Source of the DNA: Verrucomicrobiales bacterium
GTDB lineage: Bacteria > Verrucomicrobiota > Verrucomicrobiia > Verrucomicrobiales > SLCJ01
NCBI GenBank assembly: GCA_046075565.1
Contig: JBJTQJ010000122.1
Span: forward strand, 1-31,658
DNA length: 31,658 bases
Direction: 5' to 3'
Position 1 is the first letter of the stretch. Each line of letters begins with the position of its first letter. The translations under genes were made by a program, and so were the position numbers. Shown piece after piece: positions 1-8,940 of this stretch. The notes under the pieces are model-generated. The model did not search any database. It worked only from the letters and a program-made list of their open reading frames with translations, and was not told the origin of the DNA.

Positions 1-170
1 GCGATGCGGGCCGGTTCGCCGGATTCGGGCAGGGCCTCCTGCCTTTCAGGAATCGGATCAAAACCAAAGTCGGCCGCCGGCTCTTGTGCCGGTGGTTCAT
101 TGCCACGCGTGGGCGCGAGCGCCCGCATCTTGGAGAGCGCGTGCTCGTCAATCCAGGAATCCAGGGACAT
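1..170 (-). CDS. Partial hypothetical protein running off the left edge, probable ParA partner
   Basis: ATG at 170 reads [27 protein letters not shown]... with no stop before base 1; it overlaps the parA-like 3' end by 23 bp and is absent from the ORF track. Confidence 0.55.
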   Translation of the reverse strand, partial: MSLDSWIDEHALSKMRALAPTRGNEPPAQEPAADFGFDPIPERQEALPESGEPARI

Positions 171-981
171 CTTCTTGAGGATGGGGTTGGGATAAGCCGA
201 GGCGGGGTTCGATTTCGGCGGCAAGCTGGTCAAAGACGGCGGCGACGGGCGGAGGGTGGCGGTGCAGCATGGCCACCGGGACGCCCTTTTCGGATGCGGT
301 CAAAATATCCTCATCGCGGGGAATCATCGTTCGCAAGACCATCGAACCCGGGGCGAGTCGGCGTAAATCCGCCGCCGCGGCCTCGCTGGTGGAGGAGGCA
401 TTTTGCACCATGGTCATCAGAATGCCGACCACCTCGAAGCCCGCGCCATGCTCGCGGAGGCGCGTGAGGGATTGGAAGAGAGTGGGCAGACTGCGTAATC
501 CGAGCGGCTCCGCCTGCTGCGGCAGGAGCAAATGGGTGGCTGTCGAAAAAAGGGCTCTCGTCAGCGCACCGGTACCGGCGGCGGTGTCGAGCACGACCAC
601 GGCATAATCCAATCGCCGCAAGGCCGTGAAAAATCCATCGAGGGAGCCGGGGCCCACACCGCGTTCCACCGCTTCGTCGAAGGCCGGGTCGGGCAATCCG
701 GACGGCAGAACTTTCAGCTCCGGCAAACGTGTCGGCAGCGCCAGCGCCTGGATATCTCCTCCCTCCTTGAGCAAATCGCGGAATCCCCGAACACCCGCGG
801 CCCGGCGCGAAAGAGACAGGGCAATCGACCCCTGGGGGTCCGCATCCACGAGCAGGACCTTCCATCCCCGGCGGGCCAGAGCGCAGGCCAGATTGATGGA
901 GACGGTGGTTTTCCCCACGCCGCCCTTCTGGCTCCCAACGGCGAGAATGCGGACACTGCTGCTATCGTTTGCTGGCATCAT
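148..981 (-). CDS. ParA/Soj/MinD-family ATPase
   Basis: Deviant Walker [21 protein letters not shown] and VVVLDT motifs; 277 aa. Confidence 0.92.
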   Translation of the reverse strand: MMPANDSSSVRILAVGSQKGGVGKTTVSINLACALARRGWKVLLVDADPQGSIALSLSRRAAGVRGFRDLLKEGGDIQALALPTRLPELKVLPSGLPDPAFDEAVERGVGPGSLDGFFTALRRLDYAVVVLDTAAGTGALTRALFSTATHLLLPQQAEPLGLRSLPTLFQSLTRLREHGAGFEVVGILMTMVQNASSTSEAAAADLRRLAPGSMVLRTMIPRDEDILTASEKGVPVAMLHRHPPPVAAVFDQLAAEIEPRLGLSQPHPQEDVPGFLD

Positions 982-1117
982 TGGTTATGGTGCGCGTGGA
1001 AAATTTCAACCGCATCGCCAGATTAGGCGGCAAGGGCGGCTTGTCCAATAAGAATGCACCGGATTCCCTCGCGTTGGCACTTTACACGACCCGCGCCTCC
1101 CGCTAGGATGCGGAGTA

Positions 1118-3136
1118 ATGATGCTAATTCCCAAAGGTTATTTGGCCGTTCTGGGCGGAGTTGCCCTCTTCTTGGTGGGCGCTTGTTCTCCCCGCACGGT
1201 GGAAAAAACCGCGGGGGGAGCGGATACCCCTGCCGCACCCCTTCCCACGGGCAATCTCTTTGCCGACGCCGCGGTCGCGTCCACCCCATTTCTTGCCCAG
1301 TATTCCAAATCTTCCATTCCCTGGCAGCCTTGGAGCGAAAAATCGCTGGAGGCGGCGAAGGCGAGCCAACGGCCCATCTTGATCCACTTCGGATATTCGA
1401 CCTGCCCGTTCACCCGGAGACTGCGGCTGGAGGTGCTTGAGGATGAAAAGCTCGTTGCTTTCTTCCGGGACAATTTTGTTTGCGTCGTGGCAGACTCCGA
1501 GGACAGCGTGTCACTGAACCAACTGCTTCTCGACTCGCTCCCCCGGCTGGGCACCGCTCCCGCTTGGCCTATGCTTGTCTGGATGGATGCCGAAGGCAGG
1601 CCATACCATGCCCACGACTTCACGGCAACGAACGGATTTTCCATTGAGGCGATTCTCACCACCGCCAAAGGTGCACTTTCATCTTGGAAATTCGGCAACG
1701 GCTACGCTACCCGCTTGGGCGAGGAAGTGCTGCAAAAAGCGGCACCGACTCTCGGGGTTCCGCCCAACCCCGCGCCGTCCGATCTGCAGTTGCTCGACGA
1801 GACCCGCTACATGCTAACCAGCATCCACGACCCAGCCCACGGCACGCTCTGCGTGGGACAGAATTTTCCACGACCGAACTCGATCCATCTGGCGCTATCC
1901 CTTTCCGAATCCCACCCCAAAGACAGTTTCCAGCGTCAGGAATTACGCGACATCGTGAGGGTTTGCCTGAAGGCCATGCGCGAGGGAGCGATCCTCGATC
2001 CGCTCGACCGGTGCTTCCACCGCTACTCCGAAAAGCCGAATTGGAATGCACCTCACTCGGAAAAAATGCTCGTCGATCAAGCCTGCATCGCCAGCGCCTA
2101 TCTCGAAGCCGCTCGCGTTCTCGGCGAAGCCGATCTCGCCACCACCGCCTTCGACACTCTCGACGCCGTTCTCACCGGATGGAAAACCGCGGATGGGCTC
2201 TACCTGCACGCGAAGACCGCCTTTGTCCCGCCCGGTTGGCCGCAGAGCCCGCCATTTCTTGCCCCATGGTTCATTTGGTCCGCATCCGAACTGAAGGACT
2301 TGCTTGACGAAACGGAGGAAAGCGTCGTCTTCAAGGTCCACGGCATCCGCGAGCGGGGGAACATGCCCCCTGCCATTTACTCCCCCCGGTTCGGCAGCAG
2401 CGCGAATGTGCTCGGCATCGCCGTGCCTACGGATAAAGCAGCTGCGGAACTGGGTATGGATCGCGCTGCCTTGCTCGCTGTCCTGGCACGCGCCCACACG
2501 AAGATGTCCGAAACCCGCGACAAGCGTCCTGGGCTTTTCATCGATGAACGCGCCACGGTTTCCGGCAATGCGCTGCTGCTCGCCACCCTTGCTCAAGCCG
2601 CCCGCGCTCCCGGTGGTGAACGTTTCGGGGAACCCGCCGCCGCCCTCGCCGAACAACTGCTTTCCCGCGCCATTGCCGCCGACGGAAAAGTGCTCGCCTC
2701 CGGATGGTGGCGGTCCGCTCCCTTACCCGGCGCTCCCGGTCTCACCGACCATGCCACCCTGCTCATGGGCCTGCTCGAATGGAATGCCACCCGTCCGAAT
2801 CCCGAAACGACCGCCCGCATTCCGGGGCTCCTCACAGCCATCCGGACTGGATTCCTCGATTCCGATACCCAAGCCTATCGGTCCTCCCGGGCCGAGGAAC
2901 TCATCCCAGGGCAGCACGCCTGGTTCGCCATCCGCGACACCTCCATCCCGGCCGATATTGCCCTCATGGCGACGAATCTGCGACTGCTGAGCAAATTCAC
3001 CGGCGACAAAGCCTATCACGAACAACGTAAAGACCTGTTCGCGCTGCTCCTCCGCCTCCCCAGCCAATGGACGTCCGCCCACTCCCTTCTCGCCGAACTC
3101 GCCATCGACCACCAATCCGGCAATTCCCCCAATTGA
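1118..3136 (+). CDS. YyaL/SPATA20-like thioredoxin-domain (DUF255) protein, probable lipoprotein
   Basis: N-terminal lipobox LVGAC; SSIPWQPWSEKSLEAAK..RPILIHFGYSTC and FHRYS..W..PH.EKML.DQA match the YyaL family. Confidence 0.8.
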   Translation: MMLIPKGYLAVLGGVALFLVGACSPRTVEKTAGGADTPAAPLPTGNLFADAAVASTPFLAQYSKSSIPWQPWSEKSLEAAKASQRPILIHFGYSTCPFTRRLRLEVLEDEKLVAFFRDNFVCVVADSEDSVSLNQLLLDSLPRLGTAPAWPMLVWMDAEGRPYHAHDFTATNGFSIEAILTTAKGALSSWKFGNGYATRLGEEVLQKAAPTLGVPPNPAPSDLQLLDETRYMLTSIHDPAHGTLCVGQNFPRPNSIHLALSLSESHPKDSFQRQELRDIVRVCLKAMREGAILDPLDRCFHRYSEKPNWNAPHSEKMLVDQACIASAYLEAARVLGEADLATTAFDTLDAVLTGWKTADGLYLHAKTAFVPPGWPQSPPFLAPWFIWSASELKDLLDETEESVVFKVHGIRERGNMPPAIYSPRFGSSANVLGIAVPTDKAAAELGMDRAALLAVLARAHTKMSETRDKRPGLFIDERATVSGNALLLATLAQAARAPGGERFGEPAAALAEQLLSRAIAADGKVLASGWWRSAPLPGAPGLTDHATLLMGLLEWNATRPNPETTARIPGLLTAIRTGFLDSDTQAYRSSRAEELIPGQHAWFAIRDTSIPADIALMATNLRLLSKFTGDKAYHEQRKDLFALLLRLPSQWTSAHSLLAELAIDHQSGNSPN

Positions 3137-3236
3137 GATTTTTTCTCCACCGCACGCATTTATCGCGTGACTCATCCCGCCTGCCTGACTAACCATAGTA
3201 GAAGTAACACCAGCACGCGCCTCCACCCATCCAGCC

Positions 3237-4838
3237 ATGAACACATCCCGACTCCTTTCCATCGTCACATCGCTCGCCCTCGCCTGCCAGTTCGCGGGAG
3301 CCGATACCGTCAAACTCAAGTCCGGCGAAATGTTCAAAGGCACCATCACCGCCGAAGACGCCACCTCCGTGACCATCGAGTTTGCGGTCAAAGGAACCAA
3401 AGGCATCAAGGATGAACGCCGCTTCGAAAAATCGGAAATCGAAAGCTTCCAAAAAGACGATCCGGCCGACAAAGCCTGGGCGGAATTGACCAAGGATATC
3501 CCAACTGCCGATCTGATGACCACCTCCGAATACGATGTGCTCTCCGGCAAGGTCGACGCCTTCATCGCCGCTCACGGCCGCAGCACGCGTGCCGCCGAGG
3601 CCCGTCGCCTGCTCACCTCCCTCAAAGAGGAACGGGCCCAGGTGGTCGGGGGCGGAATGAAACTCGACGGAGCATGGATCACTCCGGAACAATACCAGCG
3701 CGAAAAATACTGGGTCGATGGTCGCATCGCCCTGAAACAAATGTCCGTTCTCGCCAAATCCGGCCGCAAGATGGAAGCCCTCCGCAACTTCGAGAAACTC
3801 GAGGCATCCCACGGCGGCACCACCATCCATGCCAAAGCAATCACCGAAGCCATCTCCATTCTCAAAGCCTACGGGGCATCCCTGGCTGAAGCCATCCGCA
3901 CTCAACCCGAATTGATGAACCAGCGCGCCAAGGTGCTCACCACCTTGACCGCGGAAGAACGACACAAAACCGAAGAACTCCAGGCGGCCGAAGTTGCCGC
4001 CCACAAGGCCAAATTGGAAGCGGACCGCAAATCCGGCACCAAATGGCTGGCCATGGCGTCATTCGATCTCGATGAACTGAAAAAAGCCGCCGACCTTGTC
4101 GACAAAGAAGGCAAACGACTGGCCATCATCGAAACCAGAGACGCGGCCGCCAATGACAGCGCCCTGCGCCAGGCGGATCAGGCGATCAATGAAGGTCGCA
4201 TCGACGCCGCCAACGCCCTCCTCGCCCAGTTCACCGGCAAAGCACAATCCATCCCTTACGTCAAAGAACTGCAGGCCCGCGCGAAAGCGGAAGTCGATCG
4301 CGCCGCCGCCGCCGCCAAAAAAGCCGCCGATGATGCCCGTGCCGCCACCCAACGCCAGAACAATCCTCCTCCCGCTCCCCCGCGCACGAATGAAGAACCC
4401 GACCCAGTGAAAGAGGGCATGAACCCGGTCGCACAGGCTGTCGTCGAAAGCGACCTTGGCAAACGTGTCGCCGGAGAGACTACGCCCCCGTCCCCTACCC
4501 CGACCGAAACCACTCCGACTCCCCCGACACCCACCGAGACCACGCCGCCTTCGGCCGTCGAGTCGCAGCCATCCCCCGCTCCAACATCAACCTCGACCGC
4601 CGAGAAAGAAAAATCCGACCCCAAAGAAGCAGCCGGCAAGAACTTCACTCCGATTCTCTACATCGTAGCCGGTGTTCTCATGCTCGCTCTCATCGGCTTG
4701 CTCATCCTGCCGAAGAAAAAGCAACCAAATGAAGACACCAGCGTGCTGGAACACCGCAAAAAATCCCCCCAAGCGGAGGAACTGGAACAGGAGCAGGAAG
4801 AGGAACAGAACCCCGAGGACCCGAATGCCCGGGGCTGA
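3237..4838 (+). CDS. PTPDL-family exported/membrane-anchored protein
   Basis: Signal peptide followed by ADTVKLKSGE..KGTI; IPTADL motif; GGMKLDGAWI; Pro/Thr-rich linker; C-terminal TM helix followed by KKK. Confidence 0.65.
   Translation: MNTSRLLSIVTSLALACQFAGADTVKLKSGEMFKGTITAEDATSVTIEFAVKGTKGIKDERRFEKSEIESFQKDDPADKAWAELTKDIPTADLMTTSEYDVLSGKVDAFIAAHGRSTRAAEARRLLTSLKEERAQVVGGGMKLDGAWITPEQYQREKYWVDGRIALKQMSVLAKSGRKMEALRNFEKLEASHGGTTIHAKAITEAISILKAYGASLAEAIRTQPELMNQRAKVLTTLTAEERHKTEELQAAEVAAHKAKLEADRKSGTKWLAMASFDLDELKKAADLVDKEGKRLAIIETRDAAANDSALRQADQAINEGRIDAANALLAQFTGKAQSIPYVKELQARAKAEVDRAAAAAKKAADDARAATQRQNNPPPAPPRTNEEPDPVKEGMNPVAQAVVESDLGKRVAGETTPPSPTPTETTPTPPTPTETTPPSAVESQPSPAPTSTSTAEKEKSDPKEAAGKNFTPILYIVAGVLMLALIGLLILPKKKQPNEDTSVLEHRKKSPQAEELEQEQEEEQNPEDPNARG
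4476..4550 (+). repeat. About 2.5 degenerate 30-bp coding repeats (ETTPxxPTPT)
   Basis: Protein reads ETTPPSPTPT-ETTPTPPTPT-ETTPP. Confidence 0.7.
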
Positions 4839-4884
4839 GGCCGGAAGTTCTTTCCCTATCGACACTGCCCGGATTCATGCGACG

Positions 4885-4962
4885 CAATCCGCGCCCGATA
4901 ACTCGGCGCGGGCGGGCAACACCAACGAAGTCCGCCGGATCGCCCGCCCGCGTCGTGGATTG
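4885..4962. terminator. Long imperfect hairpin between convergent genes, possibly a terminator or stabiliser
   Basis: caatccgcg (4885-4893) pairs with cgtggattg (4954-4962); ggcgcgggcgggc (4905-4917) pairs with gcccgcccgcgtc (4942-4954); no U-tract. Confidence 0.35.
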
Positions 4963-4964
4963 TC

Positions 4965-5435
4965 TCAGGTGATCTTCACTTCAAGTTGTTTGGGTTTCGC
5001 GGCGATGCTCTTGGCTATATGGACCATGAGCATGCCGTCCTTGTAATTGGCCGTGACCTTTTCGGGGTCGGCATCGGTAGGCAGGGCGAAACTCCTTTCG
5101 AATCTGCCATAAGACCGTTCAACACGGTGGAACTTCTTGTTCTTCTCTTCCTTCTCGACCTTGCGTTCGCCGGAGATGAGCAAAGTGCCGTTTTCAATGA
5201 ATGCTTTCACTTCCTCTTTCTTCATCGCCGGAAGTTCCGTCGAGATGAGGTATTCCTTTTCATCTTCGGTGATATCCACGGCTGGCGCCCAGTCGGCGAG
5301 AGTCACGGCTTCCTCGTGGTCGCCCGGCCACGGCCAACGGACCGGTAGATGGCTGACAAAGTCGGAGAGACGCTTCTGGACGTTTTCGATTTCCAGGAAC
5401 GGATCCAACCGATTGGTTGATTTGATGAGTTTCAT
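4965..5435 (-). CDS. Hsp20/alpha-crystallin small heat shock protein
   Basis: WAPAVDITEDEKEY, FHRVERSYGRFERSFALP and YKDGML motifs; AAAGGAG SD lies just upstream of the ATG at 5435, so the ORF-track start at 5570 is too long. Confidence 0.95.
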   Translation of the reverse strand: MKLIKSTNRLDPFLEIENVQKRLSDFVSHLPVRWPWPGDHEEAVTLADWAPAVDITEDEKEYLISTELPAMKKEEVKAFIENGTLLISGERKVEKEEKNKKFHRVERSYGRFERSFALPTDADPEKVTANYKDGMLMVHIAKSIAAKPKQLEVKIT

Positions 5436-5704
5436 GACTCGCTCCTTTCGCATCCCAGCGGCATGAATGCGCCCCGCCGCCGCCGCTGGTAAAGAAGCGG
5501 CGGGAGGGAATGGGAACCGCCCGCGACACCCGTCACAAGCCCTTTTCCCACTCCAGAATCCTTTTACCAAATCGGCTGGTTCGGGACAAGAAAAATCATC
5601 GGAGATTCCCTGGAAAAAAAGCGTGACGAAGAGGTTTGTCCCCCCCCGATGGTGAGGCTCACAATTCTGTGGTCGGGCGGCGGCCCGCCGTCGTAGAATC
5701 CAGT

Positions 5705-7060
5705 ATGCCCGACCCCCCCCGGTTTTTCGGATTTCTGCTTGGAACCGCGCTCCTTTTCTGGAGCACAGGGACCCATGGCGCGGCTCGGAAAATTCTGGTT
5801 ATGGGCGACAGCCAGTCGGAGGAGTATGCCTTCGAGGCGGGACCGGCGCCTTTGTTTAGTGGGCCGGATTCGAATTTACTCAATGCCAATATCCGCAACT
5901 GGATCGAAATCCTGGCGGCGGAACGATCCTCGGACTGCAGTTTCGGAAGCTACAAGTCCAGTTCGACCGGGTATTCGGACATCAGGCGGGGCGGTTACGC
6001 TTACAATTGGAGCGTGCCTGCCGCGGAAACCGGAGACATGGTGGATGTCATCGAATCGACGCTCCTGAAGAATCCATGGTATCTCACCTCCAAAAACCAG
6101 ATTATCGACCAACTTGAAACGGAAGTCGCTTACGTGGTGATTTTTCTCGGCGCGAACGATGTGCGGTCCATCTACGGCGATTTCTATAACAACACGGTGC
6201 CATCGGGATTCAACTCCACGCTCGTGGCCAATCTGAAGAAGGCGGTGGATTTCGTGCAGGCGGAGAAATCCTCACTGCGGATCGTGGTAGTGAATATCCC
6301 GGATCCCGGGGTGACACCATCGAAGATCGCGGCGCATCCGGATCCGGCGAAACGCGCGGCCGCCAGCACCCGCATCGCGACCTTGAACCAAAGCATCGCG
6401 ACCATGGCGGCGAGCGAAGGCTGCGCACTGGCGGATGTGATGGCATTGACGGAACTCATACGCGCATCCGGCAATTTCTATCTCAATGGCCGGCAATTTC
6501 TGAAAGCGGGTCATCTGGAGAATCCTCCCAACTACCTGTTTGCCAAAGATGGATTCCATCCCTCGACGGTGGCACAGGCCCTTTTCGCCAATGCCATTCT
6601 GAAAGCGGTCAACACCAAATGGAACCAGAATATCCAATTGCTGGCGAACCGCGAAATCCTCGGCGACGTGCTGGGCTTGAATCCGGATCAGCCCCTGCTC
6701 GACTGGCTGTCTTCATCCGGCTCGAGCGGAGGTGTTTGGGGGAATCCCGATGGCGACAGCGACCGGAATCTCACCGAATTCGCGCTCGGCATGAATCCCT
6801 CGAAAGCCGACACCGCGTCGCCCAATCTCTTTTCCGAAACCCGCTCCGGCCAACCATCATTGGTGGCGCGGTTTTCCGGTGCCCGAACCCGCGACGGTTA
6901 TCTCCTGGTCACTCCGCAGGAGAGCCCATCCCCTGCCGGGCCATGGACGAATGTTCCTTCCACGCGATACCTCTGGCTGCCCGGCGGCGGCATCGAATTC
7001 TGGCTCCCGCTCTCCAACGGACGCTCGTTCCTCCGGCTGGCCGTGACACCGGCCCCTTGA
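5705..7060 (+). CDS. Secreted SGNH/GDSL hydrolase with C-terminal accessory domain
   Basis: GDSQS (block I), LGAND (block III), DGFHP (block V); signal peptide; C-terminal DGDSDRNLTEFALGMNP...FLRLAV. Confidence 0.85.
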   Translation: MPDPPRFFGFLLGTALLFWSTGTHGAARKILVMGDSQSEEYAFEAGPAPLFSGPDSNLLNANIRNWIEILAAERSSDCSFGSYKSSSTGYSDIRRGGYAYNWSVPAAETGDMVDVIESTLLKNPWYLTSKNQIIDQLETEVAYVVIFLGANDVRSIYGDFYNNTVPSGFNSTLVANLKKAVDFVQAEKSSLRIVVVNIPDPGVTPSKIAAHPDPAKRAAASTRIATLNQSIATMAASEGCALADVMALTELIRASGNFYLNGRQFLKAGHLENPPNYLFAKDGFHPSTVAQALFANAILKAVNTKWNQNIQLLANREILGDVLGLNPDQPLLDWLSSSGSSGGVWGNPDGDSDRNLTEFALGMNPSKADTASPNLFSETRSGQPSLVARFSGARTRDGYLLVTPQESPSPAGPWTNVPSTRYLWLPGGGIEFWLPLSNGRSFLRLAVTPAP

Positions 7061-7098
7061 GTCTTCAGGCGGGAACCACCGAGCCGCACTCGTCTCAT

Positions 7099-7134
7099 AC
7101 ATCTTTTTGCCCCACATCTTTTTGCCATCTTTCC
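7099..7134 (+). repeat. Short direct repeat ACATCTTTTTGCC x2 (15-bp period) plus a partial third copy
   Basis: Copies at 7099-7111 and 7114-7126, then catctttcc. Confidence 0.7.
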
Positions 7135-7182
7135 GTATTTCCTTTTTCAAAGCAAGCAACTGAAATAGCCGTTGGGGAGAGT

Positions 7183-7258
7183 CTTCGCTACGCTACGCCT
7201 GCCCAAGCCGGACCGACCTGCCTGGCCTAGCCTTCGCGAAGACAAGAGGACGGGGAAA
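7183..7258. repeat. Dispersed structured intergenic element, copy A
   Basis: Ungapped 61/76 identity to 14771-14846 by manual alignment; terminal stem gtcttcgc/gcgaagac. Confidence 0.8.
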
Positions 7259-7348
7259 AAAAGGGTGATACCCCGGAAAACTTCCTCAAGCCAATTTACG
7301 CTAAGTTTACGTTCTTGCCCTCCAGACGGGATAAGATAGCCTCTAACC

Positions 7349-7897
7349 ATGCCAAACCCCGCCACCAAATTCGCCGTCCTTGTCCTGTCCTTGGGATTGG
7401 GAGCCGCCTGCATCTGGAATGCCCACAGGGGAAGTCGCCCCGTTGCTCCGGTAACGGGCACCCAGACCAGTGCTCCCGCTCCGGCCGAAAAAGCCGCGAC
7501 CGTTACCGACGAGGAGGTCGCCAACCATCGGGATATGCTGCTGCGTTCATCGAAATCAGGCATCATCATGAGCGATGCCGCCATCCGCACCATGCTCGAG
7601 GAGAGAAAGCGAGCCGGGGCGACGAGAGAAGGCACCCAGCAACTTCAATATCTCATTCCTTCCTCCAAAAACCCCGCTAGCGTCCTTAATCCAGCGGAAC
7701 TGAAGAACCTCCAGGAATCGCTTCCGCTTATCCGCCAAGACGGGACATCCCCGCCCAAGGAGCAATCGACCGAACCGCCCCCGGCCCCGGAAGTCCTCAT
7801 TCCGTCGTCGAAAAGTGCGCCGATTTTCCGAGCCCCCGAAGACCTGAAAAATGCTGTTGAAAGCATCACGGAACCCCGTCCCGCGCAAAAGGAATAG
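7349..7897 (+). CDS. Hypothetical membrane-anchored protein with repeated SSK motif
   Basis: N-terminal hydrophobic helix; LLRSSKSG, LIPSSKNP and LIPSSKSAP; ends 6 bp before the next gene. Confidence 0.7.
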   Translation: MPNPATKFAVLVLSLGLGAACIWNAHRGSRPVAPVTGTQTSAPAPAEKAATVTDEEVANHRDMLLRSSKSGIIMSDAAIRTMLEERKRAGATREGTQQLQYLIPSSKNPASVLNPAELKNLQESLPLIRQDGTSPPKEQSTEPPPAPEVLIPSSKSAPIFRAPEDLKNAVESITEPRPAQKE

Positions 7898-7903
7898 CCC
7901 GCC

Positions 7904-8680
7904 ATGGACGCCATTTATTTCTTCGCAGCGCCCCTCGCCAGTTTCCTGGTGCTGTTGGTCATCTTTTCGCCTTTGGAAAGATGTTTTCCGGCCAAGGCGC
8001 AGAAGTTCTTCCGCCCTGGATGGTTGACCGACCTCTGTTATTTTCTCGGCCAGTATCTGATTTGGGGCAGTTTGGTCTTCGGGGCGCTGGCCTGGTGCGC
8101 GCCAGCCATCACCAGCCTGGTGCCGGCGTCCTTCCGGGCGGCCGTGCATGCCCAGCCGTGGTGGTTGCAGGCGATCGAGGTTATCCTGCTCAGCGATTTT
8201 TTCATCTACTGGGGCCATCGGATCCAGCATCGTGTTCCCTTCCTGTGGAGGTTCCATGCCGTGCACCACAGCGCGGAGCATCTCGATTGGCTGGCCGCCC
8301 ACCGTGAACACCCGCTCGATACCATTTTTACGGTGGGGCTGATCAATCTGCCCGCCTTCGCCCTGGGATTCGATCTCGAGACCTTGGCTGCCTTCACCGC
8401 CTTCCGCGGAATCTGGGCCATCTACATCCACTCGAATGTCAAGCTTCCTCTCGGCCCGCTTCGCGCCCTCATTGGTGCGCCGGAACTTCACCATTGGCAC
8501 CACGCCAAAGACCGTTTCGCCGGAAACTACGCCAACCTTTCCCCGCTCATGGACCTCCTTTTCGGCACCTATCGTCACCCCGGCCATGAGCCCGCGGAAT
8601 TCGGAATCCGCGAGCCTTTCCCGAAAAGCTATCCGGCCCAGCTCCTCCATCCCCTGCGGTTCAAGAAGAAACGGCCATGA
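7904..8680 (+). CDS. Sterol desaturase/fatty acid hydroxylase superfamily protein
   Basis: His boxes HRIQH, HAVHH, YIHSN and HHWHH; TM segments; DLLFGTY. Confidence 0.92.
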   Translation: MDAIYFFAAPLASFLVLLVIFSPLERCFPAKAQKFFRPGWLTDLCYFLGQYLIWGSLVFGALAWCAPAITSLVPASFRAAVHAQPWWLQAIEVILLSDFFIYWGHRIQHRVPFLWRFHAVHHSAEHLDWLAAHREHPLDTIFTVGLINLPAFALGFDLETLAAFTAFRGIWAIYIHSNVKLPLGPLRALIGAPELHHWHHAKDRFAGNYANLSPLMDLLFGTYRHPGHEPAEFGIREPFPKSYPAQLLHPLRFKKKRP

Positions 8681-8940
8681 GCGCAGGACCGTGAAGAACA
8701 ACACGCTGGAAAAGCAAATTTCCGCCGGATATCTGGAAACTGGTTTGCCGAGGACCTGCCGTGCCTAGGCCACATTCTCCCTCAGGTGACGTTCCGACAC
8801 CTCGTCGGCGTGGCGTCTCACCAAATCGCCGCACAATTCAACCCATGCGCCCGCATTTGAGGCACCGGGGAAAACCGGAATTGTCAGGAATTTGCTTTTG
8901 GCGAGAAACCGCTGGCGATGGGACATCTGAGCTCCTTTGT

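Noticed and set aside
5436-5704. CIRCE operator upstream of hsp20
   Set aside because: No TTAGCACTC-N9-GAGTGCTAA-like inverted repeat was found.
7155-7258. Hammerhead ribozyme reading of the repeated element (CTGA...GAAA)
   Set aside because: The core is CTGAAAT/CTGAAAC rather than CUGANGA, and the required three-stem junction was not evident.
7556-8704. 382-aa minus-strand ORF
   Set aside because: Antisense to the well-supported desaturase and SSK-protein genes.
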